In this document: one piece after another, positions 17,939 through 27,730 of the stretch
Layout of the letters: each line of letters opens with the position of its first letter
Position numbering within the stretch: position 1 is the first letter of the stretch
Assembly: GCA_047608975.1 (NCBI GenBank)
Contig: JBLFYM010000003.1
Coordinates: 17,869-81,868, forward strand
Direction of reading: 5' to 3'
Length of the DNA stretch: 64,000 bases
From: Limisphaerales bacterium
GTDB lineage: Bacteria; Verrucomicrobiota; Verrucomicrobiia; Limisphaerales; JAYPXF01
Notes under the pieces: model-generated
What the model saw: only the letters and a program-made list of their open reading frames with translations
What the model was told of the DNA's origin: nothing
Databases searched by the model: none
Position numbers and translations under genes: made by a program

Positions 17939-19063
17939 GTGCCGCGGGTTATTTTCCATCTGGACATGGACGCCTTCTACGCGTCGGTCGAGCAGCGGGA
18001 CAACCCGGAACTCCGGGGTCGCCCGGTGATCGTTGGCTCGCCCCCGACGCGGCGCGGAGTCGTGTGTGCCGCCAGCTATGAAGCCCGGCGTTTTGGCGTG
18101 CATTCAGCCATGCCGAGCGTGACGGCGGGTCGTCTGTGTCCGGAAGGAGTTTTTGTGCGACCGGAATTCAAGCGCTACAGCGAGGAATCGCGCAAGATCA
18201 TGGCTTTGGTTGAAGACACCGGCGCGCTGATCGAACAGGTCTCCATCGATGAGGCGTATCTGGATATGTCCGGCCGATTCACCGACACGCATGATCCGGA
18301 TGAAGCGCTTTTTGCCGCCGTGCCGATTGCGCGCAAACTAAAGCAACGAATCCGGGAGGATCGGAATCTCACGACCAGCATCGGTATTGCGGCGAACAAA
18401 CTGTTGGCGAAGCTCGGCAGCGATTTCAACAAACCGAACGGAATGACCCTCATTCCTGAGCGTGACAAGGTGGAGTTTCTCCGGCCCCTGCCCGTCCGTC
18501 GAATCCACGGAGTCGGCAAGGTCACTGAACAGACCCTCATCGGCTCCGGCCTGAACACCATCGGGGACATTCAGGACTACCCCGGCGACCTCAAGCATCT
18601 GCTCGGCTCGTTTGGCCCGTCCCTCAAACGCTCCGCCTTCGGCGAAGACAGCCGCGCCGTCGGTGGACGCGAAGGCGTGAAGAGCATCAGCAGCGAAAAT
18701 ACGTTTCACGAAGACACGGATGATCGTCCCACATTGCGAACCTGCCTGCGTGAGCAGGCGGATGACATCGCCCGCCGCCTCGAACACAAGCGACTGGGTG
18801 CCTACACCGTGCAGGTGAAAGTGCGCTACTCGGACTTCACCACCCTGACCCGACAATTGACGGTGGAAGAACCCGTCACGGACGCAGAAGCGCTCTACCG
18901 GTTCGCTGCCTATCTCCTCCGCAAAGATCGCCTGGTCAGCCGCCCTCTCCGCCTGTTGGGGCTCGGAGTCTCATCGTTGGGTGATCCTTTTCTGAGACAA
19001 CTGGAACTACCGCTCGCAGAACTGCCCGCAAAAAAAGCGGCCGGGGGATTACCTATTCCGTGA
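17939..19063 (+). CDS. dinB: DNA polymerase IV (Y-family)
   Basis: A GTG start gives (M)PRVIFHLDMDAFYASVEQRDNPELRGRPVIVG, with SIDEAYLD and further Y-family motifs. Confidence 0.93.
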   Translation: MPRVIFHLDMDAFYASVEQRDNPELRGRPVIVGSPPTRRGVVCAASYEARRFGVHSAMPSVTAGRLCPEGVFVRPEFKRYSEESRKIMALVEDTGALIEQVSIDEAYLDMSGRFTDTHDPDEALFAAVPIARKLKQRIREDRNLTTSIGIAANKLLAKLGSDFNKPNGMTLIPERDKVEFLRPLPVRRIHGVGKVTEQTLIGSGLNTIGDIQDYPGDLKHLLGSFGPSLKRSAFGEDSRAVGGREGVKSISSENTFHEDTDDRPTLRTCLREQADDIARRLEHKRLGAYTVQVKVRYSDFTTLTRQLTVEEPVTDAEALYRFAAYLLRKDRLVSRPLRLLGLGVSSLGDPFLRQLELPLAELPAKKAAGGLPIP

Positions 19064-19139
19064 TCCCGACGCGGGTCGGAAGTTTCTTGATCCCATTGGC
19101 ACCACGAACGTAGGCGATAAAATGATCAGCCCAATCGGT

Positions 19140-20036
19140 CTAACGACCAAACGGTTCCGGATAAAAGATGGCACCCTTCGCCCTGTGCCAGGGAGCAAAC
19201 CGCTCAGCGCGCTCAGGCACTCCATACCAGGAGATATTGATTTCAGCGCCCAGCTTCCATGAATAGATCAGGTCGTAATTCCACTCCATTTCGAAATCGT
19301 GGTATTTCTCTGCCTGCCGCCGGTAACCCGATGCGAGCGAGATCCAAGGAGTCACTTCCTCAACCCCGTGAGCCTGCGCGTTGCGAGCCGTACGGCGGTA
19401 GATTTCCCGCGTGTTCCCGATCTCAGGAACCTGATAGAGCGAGCAACCAAACGAATCCCCCTTCTCATCCAACACGAAGTAGGTTGACTGGCTCCAACCG
19501 GTCGGCGATGCCCCCAAATGAACTGCGCCGCGCGCATACCATTCGCTGCGAATGACTGGGAAGACGCCCCGAATCGTATCGTAGGCAGCATTGTATTTGT
19601 CGGTGATAGCCTGGTTCCACACCGCGTCATCGGGCTTGGTGTGAAAATGTTCTGAATCAACCAATGCGGCGCTCACCTCAACCCGGGCACCATGAGTCTT
19701 GTTGGCAGCCGCGAGCTGATCACGGACCCATTCCATCCGCGTCTTCAAATACTCCAGTTCAGTCACATGGGTCGGACCTACATCCGTGGGCGGAAGTTTC
19801 TTGTCGAAGCGTCGATGCCACACCGAGAAGTTGAGCCCGAGAGAACCTTGCACCCCGGGTTTGGTCTGATTCACACGCTGGCAGATCTGCACCGCGCGAT
19901 CGATCTGTTCCGGCTGGCACCATTCACCGCTCAACGAAAGCGCGTGGGTCAGCCTGGCATATTCGCAGAGCACCTCATCCGTAATCTTATCGTAGGGCAA
20001 TGGCCAGGAGTAATGGACTTTCTGGAGTGGCTTCAA
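19140..20036 (-). CDS. hypothetical protein; likely the remains of a secreted protein whose signal peptide is cut off by an in-frame TAG
   Basis: The 298-aa ORF starts at a TTG. In the same frame upstream, the ATG at 20141 encodes MISRLLLFLLVGIVSAAAAETSKLSEA, followed by TAG (20058-20060) and then NLEWLREL-KPLQ. Confidence 0.6.
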   Translation of the reverse strand: MKPLQKVHYSWPLPYDKITDEVLCEYARLTHALSLSGEWCQPEQIDRAVQICQRVNQTKPGVQGSLGLNFSVWHRRFDKKLPPTDVGPTHVTELEYLKTRMEWVRDQLAAANKTHGARVEVSAALVDSEHFHTKPDDAVWNQAITDKYNAAYDTIRGVFPVIRSEWYARGAVHLGASPTGWSQSTYFVLDEKGDSFGCSLYQVPEIGNTREIYRRTARNAQAHGVEEVTPWISLASGYRRQAEKYHDFEMEWNYDLIYSWKLGAEINISWYGVPERAERFAPWHRAKGAIFYPEPFGR

Positions 20037-20292
20037 TTCGCGCAGCCACTCCAGATTCTACGCTTCGCTCAACTTCGATGTTTCAGCGGCCGCGGCTGAA
20101 ACGATGCCGACCAGGAGGAAGAGAAGTAACCTGGAAATCATTTTGCGGAACCGGGTTGAGCCATAGCGGAAAGGATGTCAATCCCGGCGAGTGCCCCCCG
20201 AGCAGAAAGCGCTGCTTTCCCTTCCGGTCTTGCGGTCTGTGCCAAAATTCGCTTTGTTTGCCGATCACAGAAAACACGAACAGGACTTTATT

Positions 20293-21171
20293 ATGATATT
20301 GATGGGAATTGGTGATGAGGGCGGCAGCAAACTGGAAACACAGATCAATGCCACCAAGGAACTCGGTTGGAAGAACATCGAGATGCGCGGCGTTGAGGTC
20401 GAGGGATTTGACAAAGGCAACCTGCACGATATTCCCGACGCGGCATTCGACGAGGTCGAACGCCAGTTGAAGGAGAACGATCTGAGCATCTACGCCTTCG
20501 GCTCCACGATCATGAATTGGGGCAAGACGATCGACACGCCCTTTGATGTCACGCTCGCCGAAGTCAAACGCTGTATTCCCCGCATGAAACGGCTCGGCAC
20601 CAAGTTCGTCCGCGTGATGAGTTTCAAGCCGGAAGATGATGCCGACACGATTCCCACCGCAGTAACAGACCGGGTGCGTGAAGTGACACAGATGTTTTTG
20701 GATGAAGGTCTCCAGCCGGTGCATGAAAACTGCATGAACTACGGTGGCATGAGTTGGCAGCACGCGGAGCAACTGCTCGAAAAAGTCCCCGGCCTGAAGT
20801 GGGTTTTCGACACAGCCAATCCGATCTTCAACTCGGATCGCTCGCAGCCAAAACCCTGGCCGCGTCAGGATCCTTGGGAATTCTGGCAGCACATGAAGGC
20901 GCACACCGCGCACATTCATATCAAAGACTGCACCTGGAACGCCGCGAAGAATGACGCGGACTACAACTTCCCCGGCGAAGGCGAAGGCCGGGTTCGCGAT
21001 ATCCTCAAGGATGCTGCGGACAGTGGGTACTCCGCCGGTGTGTCCATTGAACCCCACATGGTGGTCGTTTTCCACGACACGGGTTCAACCGCCACTGAGG
21101 AAGACACCAGCAAGAACTTCATCGAATATGGCCGTCGTCTTGAGCAGCTGATCGCCGAAATCAAGGGCTGA
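20293..21171 (+). CDS. sugar phosphate isomerase/epimerase (xylose isomerase-like TIM barrel)
   Basis: The start was trimmed to the ATG at 20293 (MILMGIGDEGG...). ELGWKNIEMRG, LGTKFVRVMSF, HIHIKD and SIEPH are typical of AP endonuclease 2 / xylose isomerase-like family proteins. Confidence 0.85.
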   Translation: MILMGIGDEGGSKLETQINATKELGWKNIEMRGVEVEGFDKGNLHDIPDAAFDEVERQLKENDLSIYAFGSTIMNWGKTIDTPFDVTLAEVKRCIPRMKRLGTKFVRVMSFKPEDDADTIPTAVTDRVREVTQMFLDEGLQPVHENCMNYGGMSWQHAEQLLEKVPGLKWVFDTANPIFNSDRSQPKPWPRQDPWEFWQHMKAHTAHIHIKDCTWNAAKNDADYNFPGEGEGRVRDILKDAADSGYSAGVSIEPHMVVVFHDTGSTATEEDTSKNFIEYGRRLEQLIAEIKG

Positions 21172-21185
21172 TCGCTCGCCCCAAA

Positions 21186-22064
21186 TTACCCGGCGTCCGT
21201 GGAGTTATCATTACTCCCGGACGCCTTTTTTTTATCCTGTGACCACATGCCGAGCACGCTGGCCAGGACGATCAGGACAGCACCCGAAATGCGAAGCGGT
21301 GTGATCTGTTCCCCCAACACAAAGTGACAAAGCACCATCGCGATCGGCACGTAGAGGTAGAACAGAATCCCTGACATGTAGGTCGGAAGCTCTGAAGTGG
21401 CTCGAATCCACAGGGTGTGCGCGATAAACGTCGTCACGATACTCAGATGCAGGATGCCGGCCCAGTCGAGGGGTTTCAGATCCCAATTCGCCCAAGGCAG
21501 AAAGCAGAGGAACAGCGGGAGCGCAAAGAGGTACTGCGCGAGCGTGCGGACGTTGACGGGAACGTGCAGGTTCTTCTGATGCAGGATCGGGACTACCGCG
21601 TAAAGAACGGCACTCAGAATCCCGATCAGAAAGCCCGTGGTCAGGTCGCTGTCCAGCGCGTATTCCCCGACCACCAGCACCGCTCCAACAATCGCGATCA
21701 TGATTGATATCACCTGCACACGATTGGGAATCTGCCCGAGCATAATCCGCCCCAGAAACGCCACGTGCACCCCGTAAGTTGCCGTGCCTATCGCAGCGAC
21801 TGATGCGTCGGTCGTCTTGAGGCTGATGAAGTAGGTGATCCAATGGAGCGCGAATGCCCCTCCAATCAGGGCAAGTGGCCCGAAGTCTTTGCGATAGCGG
21901 AACAGATCCCGGCTCCCACGGAGGAAGAGCGCTGCGCACAGACTCGCGATCAACAATCGCACAATCCCGATCGTCCACGGATTCGCCGCAATCCCTTTCA
22001 CCGACATCGGCACTGTTCCCATCAGGGAGATCGCGATCAATGCTTGGATATGGGCTCGTGACAC
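21186..22064 (-). CDS. DMT superfamily transporter (EamA-like)
   Basis: 292 aa with about 10 hydrophobic segments and a duplicated EamA-like architecture. The start is GTG. Confidence 0.8.
   Translation of the reverse strand: MSRAHIQALIAISLMGTVPMSVKGIAANPWTIGIVRLLIASLCAALFLRGSRDLFRYRKDFGPLALIGGAFALHWITYFISLKTTDASVAAIGTATYGVHVAFLGRIMLGQIPNRVQVISIMIAIVGAVLVVGEYALDSDLTTGFLIGILSAVLYAVVPILHQKNLHVPVNVRTLAQYLFALPLFLCFLPWANWDLKPLDWAGILHLSIVTTFIAHTLWIRATSELPTYMSGILFYLYVPIAMVLCHFVLGEQITPLRISGAVLIVLASVLGMWSQDKKKASGSNDNSTDAG
21192..21233 (+). terminator. rho-independent terminator for the isomerase gene
   Basis: ggcgtccg-t-ggag [ttatcatta] ctcc-cggacgcc forms a 12-bp stem with one bulge and is followed by T8 (21226-21233). 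It lies inside the last codons of the convergent EamA gene. Confidence 0.65.
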
Positions 22065-22081
22065 GGCTTATTCTGCGGGCA

Positions 22082-22110
22082 ACAAAAAACCCGGCCAATT
22101 GACCGGGTTT
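22082..22110 (-). terminator. rho-independent terminator downstream of the KamA-family gene
   Basis: The minus strand reads aaacccgg tcaattgg ccgggttt followed by tttgtt: an 8-bp stem plus a T-tract, 29 nt after the stop at 22139. Confidence 0.6.
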
Positions 22111-22138
22111 GAAGTGTATGATTTCGATCCAACCGGCG

Positions 22139-23515
22139 TCACACCTCGATTTCGTCGAGCTCGGAATCGAGCATTCGGTCCTGACCGTCGCTGTCCCATT
22201 CACTGTCGCGGTCAAAAAAGAACTTGTCTTCGCCGAACGCTGGGCGGAGATCATCCAACCAGATTGCGTTGGGATCGTATTTCGCAAAGAACGGTCGGTA
22301 GGCCCAATCCGGGTTCCGGCCTTGCAACATGCGGAGGACGAATACCTTCTCGCCCTGAATGTGGGTGACGCCGTCGATTTCAACCTTCCCGGGGGTGCAG
22401 GACATGCTCGGACCACGGACGGTGCGACCGAGTCCGCTGACCTGACGAACAGCGGTCGAGTAGATCTCATGAGCGCGGGCCAAGGGCATCGCGAAGTAAT
22501 TCTGCGCGCCGGTATCACGAGCGAGGAACATGTAATAGGGGATCATTCCCAGACTGATCTGCCGGCGCCACATGTCCGCCCAGGTATCCGGATCGTCGTT
22601 GATGTTCCGCATCAACGGGGATTGCGTGCGTATCACCGCACCGGTTTCGCGGATCCGGGCAATCGCGATTTCGGCCGCTTCCGTCTGTAATTCGTTCGGA
22701 TGGTTCACATGCGCCATCACCGAAAGGTGCAGACCGGCATCCGTAATATCTCTGAAAAGATCGAGCAGTTCGGTTGCATCCGCATCGTTTATGAAGCGAT
22801 AGGGCCAATAGCTGATGGCCTTGGTACCGATGCGGATCGTTTTGATGTGGGGCAGATCCGCGTTGAGAATCGCATCAACGTAGGTCTTGAAGAACTTCGT
22901 CCGCATCACCATCGGGTCGCCTCCGGTGAATAGCACATCCGTCACTTCCTCGTGTTCGCGCAGGTACTGGATCAGCTGATCCGATTCTTTCATCGCGAAC
23001 TTCATCCCGTCCAAGGCCACGAATTGCGGCCAGCGGAAACAGAAGGTGCAGTAGGCGTGACAGGTCTGCCCTTGGCTGGCGAAGAACAGCACGGTCTGCT
23101 GATACTTGTGCTGCATCCCTTCGAGCGGCGTGCCATCCGCCAGATGCGGCACGTTCATTTTTTTCTGACCAGCCGGATGAGGATTGAGCTGGAGCCGGAT
23201 GTCGTGGGCAGATTCCCGGATCCGATCGCGATCACCACCACGAACGGCATCCGCCATCTGGTTGAAGTGTCGATCCTCCAGCATACCTCGCTGGGGAAAG
23301 GTCAGAACGAATAGCGGATCGTTGGGATCATCCCAGTCGATCAGGTTTTCGGTGACGTAGTTGTTCGATTTGAAGGGGAGGACCTGTGAAATGACCTGCA
23401 TCTCAAAGATGCGGTCCTGACCGAGCCGCTGAAGTTGCGGGAGGTTCAACAAATCGCTGGCGGAATGCACCCGATAGTCGGGTGCCTGCTGATGAACGAT
23501 ATTCCAGTTAGTCAT
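22139..23515 (-). CDS. KamA family radical SAM aminomutase (lysine 2,3-aminomutase-like)
   Basis: The CxxxCxxC cluster CHAYCTFCFRW is preceded by MQHKYQQTVLFFASQGQT. The protein is 458 aa and has the KamA-like N-terminal region (LPFKSNNYV...IDWDDPNDPLF). Confidence 0.88.
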   Translation of the reverse strand: MTNWNIVHQQAPDYRVHSASDLLNLPQLQRLGQDRIFEMQVISQVLPFKSNNYVTENLIDWDDPNDPLFVLTFPQRGMLEDRHFNQMADAVRGGDRDRIRESAHDIRLQLNPHPAGQKKMNVPHLADGTPLEGMQHKYQQTVLFFASQGQTCHAYCTFCFRWPQFVALDGMKFAMKESDQLIQYLREHEEVTDVLFTGGDPMVMRTKFFKTYVDAILNADLPHIKTIRIGTKAISYWPYRFINDADATELLDLFRDITDAGLHLSVMAHVNHPNELQTEAAEIAIARIRETGAVIRTQSPLMRNINDDPDTWADMWRRQISLGMIPYYMFLARDTGAQNYFAMPLARAHEIYSTAVRQVSGLGRTVRGPSMSCTPGKVEIDGVTHIQGEKVFVLRMLQGRNPDWAYRPFFAKYDPNAIWLDDLRPAFGEDKFFFDRDSEWDSDGQDRMLDSELDEIEV

Positions 23516-23712
23516 GATTCCGTTGCGCTTGCCCTTTTAACTCTTACCGAAAAAGGGCAGTAGTTTTCGCGCGTATTCGGCTATTGATCAAGGGGTAAAA
23601 CGGCAATGTGCCAAATGATAAATCCTTAAACTATTGGCAATCAACAGCTTACAAATTGTCCACATATACCAAAAAGGAATTCAAATCGAACGAGTCAAGC
23701 CCCTTCTTCCCC

Positions 23713-25503
23713 CTAAGGGGAAGTTTCTCGAAGCTGTTTCCGAGCGAAGATGAGGAGCCCCAAATAGATCAACGCCAGCGCAATCGAGCCGGCATTGAGC
23801 CAGGCACCGCTCAGAATCGCATAGCCGATGCACCCGGGCACCAAGGCGTAATAGATGAACGCCGGGAGAGTTTTTCGAATGATCATGCCCTCCTTGCCCA
23901 CCAACCCAACCACCGCTGAGGCGGCCACCACATTGTGAACGCAGATGATATTACCCGCGGCCCCGCCAACGGCCTGAAGCGCGACGACCCAGGTCGGATC
24001 CACATTGATTCGTTCCCCCACCCCGAATTGGAACAGCGAAAACATCATGTTACTTACCGTATTGCTCCCGGCGACAAACGCGCCAAAACCGCCGATGAGC
24101 GGCGCGATTATCGGCCACGCCGAGCCCGCCACCGAGGCAACCCCTTCGGCCAGCGCGATCGGCATTTTCTCAAACCCGGCCGCCCCCGCTTGCGAATTGA
24201 TGAAGACCTGCACCATCGGCACCGTAAAAATCAGCGCCACCGAGGCCTTGACGATCGTTCCCGCCGAGTCCGACCAAGCGGTTCGGTAGCCCGGGCCCTT
24301 CATTCCGTGTGTGAAGTAAGTGATCAACGAAACGATGATAAATATCGTCCCGGGCAGATAGAGCGGCGTCACCGACGCCAGTTCCCGGATCGTCCCATCC
24401 GACAGCTTCCAGTCAAAGCTGATCACCATGCTCGTGATCAGCTGTTTGACGCCCAGTTCTGGAATCCGGGTGACGATTAACAGGACTGCCACCATCAGGT
24501 AAGGGCTCCACGCTTTCACCATACCCATCGCGCATCCTTCGTCCTCATCCTTGATCTCAATCGAACCGGTCCATTCGTCCTCCCAATCAGAGCGCGGCGG
24601 AAAATCCCAGGTGTCAGCCGATTTCGGCACGAGAAATCCCACCTTCGCCGCTGGAACGACAATCGCCAGACCGATCAATCCGCCGAGGATCGACGGAAAT
24701 TCGGGTCCCAGAACATTGGCCACAATCAGATACGGCACCGTCATGGAAAAGGCGGCAAACAATGCAAATCGCCAGATTTTCAGACCTTCACCAAACGACC
24801 GGTTCGCACCGAAGAAACGTGTCATCAACGCCACCACAAACAACGGGATCAGCGCTCCGGCGATCGTATGCAAAAGCGCGACCTTGGCTCCGATCGCCCC
24901 CAGAAAGTCGAGCCACGCCAGATCGCCGTTCTCGGCAACAAATCCCTTGGCCCGGGCGAAGGCCTGCACAGCCGCGTCTCCCTCCAGCCCTTTGTTCACA
25001 CCCACCAAGATCGGCGTGCCCAGCGCACCGAAAGACACCGGTGAACTCTGGATCACCATTCCCGCCACCACCGCCGCCATCGCCGGAAACCCCAACCCAA
25101 CCATCAGCGGAACCGCGACCGCCGCCGGTGTACCAAAGCCCGCTGCCCCTTCGATGAAACTGCCGAACAGCCAGGCGATGATGATCACCTGCACCCGACG
25201 ATCCGGAGACACATCCATAAAACCCCGACGGATCACCTGTAGTGCCCCGCTCTCTCGCAAGGTGTTCAGCAGCAATATCGCACCGAAAATGATGTAGAGC
25301 AGCGAGGTGGCGATCACCAGTCCTTTGAACGTCGCCGCGGCCACGTCCACGAACGCAACCTGCCAAACCAACAGCGCCAAGCCCGCCGCCGTGAGGTACG
25401 AAAGCGGCATTGCCCGACTTGCCGGCCAACGCAGCACCACGAGAAAGAGAGCCACGACCGCGATCGGCAAAAACGCGAGAGCTGCGAGAGCGAGGGGATG
25501 CAT
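23713..25503 (-). CDS. lctP: L-lactate permease family transporter (LctP/GlcA)
   Basis: 596 aa and highly hydrophobic. The N-terminus [27 protein letters not shown] and the overall pattern are typical of LctP. Confidence 0.85.
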   Translation of the reverse strand: MHPLALAALAFLPIAVVALFLVVLRWPASRAMPLSYLTAAGLALLVWQVAFVDVAAATFKGLVIATSLLYIIFGAILLLNTLRESGALQVIRRGFMDVSPDRRVQVIIIAWLFGSFIEGAAGFGTPAAVAVPLMVGLGFPAMAAVVAGMVIQSSPVSFGALGTPILVGVNKGLEGDAAVQAFARAKGFVAENGDLAWLDFLGAIGAKVALLHTIAGALIPLFVVALMTRFFGANRSFGEGLKIWRFALFAAFSMTVPYLIVANVLGPEFPSILGGLIGLAIVVPAAKVGFLVPKSADTWDFPPRSDWEDEWTGSIEIKDEDEGCAMGMVKAWSPYLMVAVLLIVTRIPELGVKQLITSMVISFDWKLSDGTIRELASVTPLYLPGTIFIIVSLITYFTHGMKGPGYRTAWSDSAGTIVKASVALIFTVPMVQVFINSQAGAAGFEKMPIALAEGVASVAGSAWPIIAPLIGGFGAFVAGSNTVSNMMFSLFQFGVGERINVDPTWVVALQAVGGAAGNIICVHNVVAASAVVGLVGKEGMIIRKTLPAFIYYALVPGCIGYAILSGAWLNAGSIALALIYLGLLIFARKQLRETSP

Positions 25504-25804
25504 GGCAAGGGTTTACCGAACGAAGCCGCGGTAAACAATTTGAAAACGGAGGCTTCGAGAGCTGGAGTCATCCGCCGCAATTGATTGTTCAGTCTGAGGG
25601 ATAAAGCCGTTTGACCTATTCATCGCTGCAATCACGAATAACTGCTTCAATTCTCGACCTAAGAGAATTCACCCTCAGTGAAATTAGTAGCCGCGCAAAA
25701 CACCAAACCAACCAAACCAACGACGCTCAGAGGGGGGTGTAACATCAGTTCTGTAAATTACCCAAAATTCACCTCACACAGGTTGAATCTCCAAACTCCT
25801 ACAA

Positions 25805-27646
25805 TTACTGCATCACCTGCAGCTGTGCTTCTATCTGAATGGCAACGTTCAGGTGGCGTTGGGCCAGCTCTGGTTTCTGCTGTTTCAGATAGAGATCTGC
25901 CAGCCCGCGATGCAGGTCCGGAATATCTGGCCGCATGCGGAGCGCAACCCCGAACATCTGTTCCGCTTCCCCCAATCGGTCCACGCGCAACAGCGCCGTC
26001 GCAATATTGAAGATGGAATCGATATTCTGAGGATCCAACGTAACCGCCTGCCTGAGATAAGGGAGGGCTTGTTCCGGTTGCTGCAACTGAAGATGCGCAA
26101 TCCCGAGATTGTTCAGGATGCCCAGATGCTCCGGTTCGATCTTGAGCGCCAGCTGATACTGCCCGATCGCCTGCTGAATCTTACCCACCTGCAACAGCAC
26201 GTTTCCGTAGTTGTAAGGCAATTGAACCAATGGAAACTGGGGATCCGTTTCGCGCGCCTTCACGTAGTTGACCTCCGCAAAGAGAAACTCGTTGTTCGCG
26301 GCATACGCATTTCCCAGCTTCATCAAGGCCGCCGCTTTGAGTCTCGGATCCCGGGTTTTCTCAGCAAGGTTTTCGAAAAAAACCACGTCGTTCCGCCAGA
26401 TCTCGGTCTGACGAAAACTCAAGGTTCCCAAAACTCCGGCCAACAACACACAGACAACAACGGTGGTTTTGAATCTCCCACCCGCTGCTGATTTGAAAAG
26501 CACTGCGAAGGCGACAAAGGACCACAAAACTCCATTCACGATTCCGTAGCGGTCATGCGGGTAATGTGGCCGTTCTGTCAGCCCAAGCATTGGCACCAGC
26601 AATCCAAGGTGCGCAATCCAGAGCGCGAGCAATCCCGGCCAACGTCGAACGTTGAGCAACAGGAAAACGCTCGTCCCAACCACCCCCACCGCGCTCGCGA
26701 TGAAGCGGATATCCGTCATCTTGATTTCGAGAAAAATCTCGTAGATCGGAGACAGGTTCAGCGGTAACAACGGTTTCCAGACGTAGTAACCCCACACGTA
26801 AAACGCCTGCAACGCACGTTGCCCCAGCGTGAATGATTCGACGTCCGCAGGTTTGAACCAGGTCCCGGCGTTGAAGAACCGGCCATACAACGTCCCGGCA
26901 ACCAGCAGACACGCGATGATCAGAAACGGGATTTTCTCAATCCAGACACGCCGCGCGGCGGCATCGAAGAATCGCAGTTGCCCGTCGCGCTCAAAGCGCC
27001 GGAGCGGATGGAGATCCATTGCGACCAGGACAGCCCCAAACCCCAGCACAATCGGATAAGTCATCACCGCCAGCAGATAAGTGAATGCCGCCGCCCAATA
27101 AACCGGCTGACGAAAACCGGATCGGCTGTGATCCACCTTCAGGTAGAACAACAGCGACCCGAGCATGAACAACAACGAGAGGTGGTAAGGAAGTCCTGTC
27201 ACCCACGCGACCGGCTCCACCCGCAGTGGGTGAACCGCCCACAACAACGCGCCCAAGCCGGCGGCAACCAATACGGGATTCGTCGATCGATCAGCCGCAC
27301 CGGGCAACAAACCACCCATCCGAACCAGTACGAAAAACACCAGCCAGGCATTCATCGTATGGAGAAACACATTCGCGAGGTGGTAGCCAAACGGGTTCAG
27401 CCCGAACAAATCGTAGACGACCGCCCAAGCCAGCCAGGAGAACGCCTTGTATCGAATCGCCTGCTCAAAGTCCGTAAACATCCAGGCCAGATTTTCCCCG
27501 GTGACGCCGTAAACATGGGGATTTTCGAAGACGTTGATATCATCGTCCCACTGAAGAAAGTCCGCCGCCAAGGTCTGCCAAAAGACCCCCAACACCACCA
27601 CGAACAATCCGATCAGGATCGCAGAGATAAGTTGGCGCGGCTTCAT
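25805..27646 (-). CDS. polytopic membrane protein with C-terminal TPR repeats (GT-C / TMTC-like glycosyltransferase architecture)
   Basis: There are about 10 N-terminal TM helices beginning WDDDINVFENPHV, followed by 5-6 TPR units (AYANNEFLFAEVNYVKA..., GKIQQAIGQYQLALKIEP...). Confidence 0.8.
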   Translation of the reverse strand: MKPRQLISAILIGLFVVVLGVFWQTLAADFLQWDDDINVFENPHVYGVTGENLAWMFTDFEQAIRYKAFSWLAWAVVYDLFGLNPFGYHLANVFLHTMNAWLVFFVLVRMGGLLPGAADRSTNPVLVAAGLGALLWAVHPLRVEPVAWVTGLPYHLSLLFMLGSLLFYLKVDHSRSGFRQPVYWAAAFTYLLAVMTYPIVLGFGAVLVAMDLHPLRRFERDGQLRFFDAAARRVWIEKIPFLIIACLLVAGTLYGRFFNAGTWFKPADVESFTLGQRALQAFYVWGYYVWKPLLPLNLSPIYEIFLEIKMTDIRFIASAVGVVGTSVFLLLNVRRWPGLLALWIAHLGLLVPMLGLTERPHYPHDRYGIVNGVLWSFVAFAVLFKSAAGGRFKTTVVVCVLLAGVLGTLSFRQTEIWRNDVVFFENLAEKTRDPRLKAAALMKLGNAYAANNEFLFAEVNYVKARETDPQFPLVQLPYNYGNVLLQVGKIQQAIGQYQLALKIEPEHLGILNNLGIAHLQLQQPEQALPYLRQAVTLDPQNIDSIFNIATALLRVDRLGEAEQMFGVALRMRPDIPDLHRGLADLYLKQQKPELAQRHLNVAIQIEAQLQVMQ

Positions 27647-27730
27647 AGGCGCGAAGCATGGCGGAACCAGACCTCCTTCTTCAAGTCATGGGGCAGCCAA
27701 AATCGTAGTCCCTCCCAGCTTGCCAACCCC

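Noticed and set aside
20083-21075. 330-aa minus-strand ORF.
   Set aside because: It is antisense to the xylose-isomerase-like TIM-barrel gene, whose motifs (HIHIKD, SIEPH) identify the plus strand as coding.
21232-22518. 428-aa minus-strand ORF spanning the EamA and KamA genes.
   Set aside because: It is out of frame with two genes that have strong signatures, crosses a terminator, and gives an Arg/Ser/Pro-rich nonsense-like translation.
23601-23615. Sigma-54 promoter-like TGGCAC...TTGC on the minus strand upstream of the KamA-family gene (ttggcacattgccg).
   Set aside because: TTGC begins 2 nt after TGGCAC instead of 5 nt after it (the consensus is TGGCAC-N5-TTGC), so the -24/-12 spacing is wrong. 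Other TGGCA words in spacers (14535, 19097, 23633) also fail the spacing test.
26978-27730. N-terminal 250 codons of the 496-aa plus-strand ORF.
   Set aside because: This part is antisense to the TPR membrane protein gene and is extremely His/Arg/Gln-rich. Only the part from the ATG at 27731 (signal peptide + methyltransferase) is credible.
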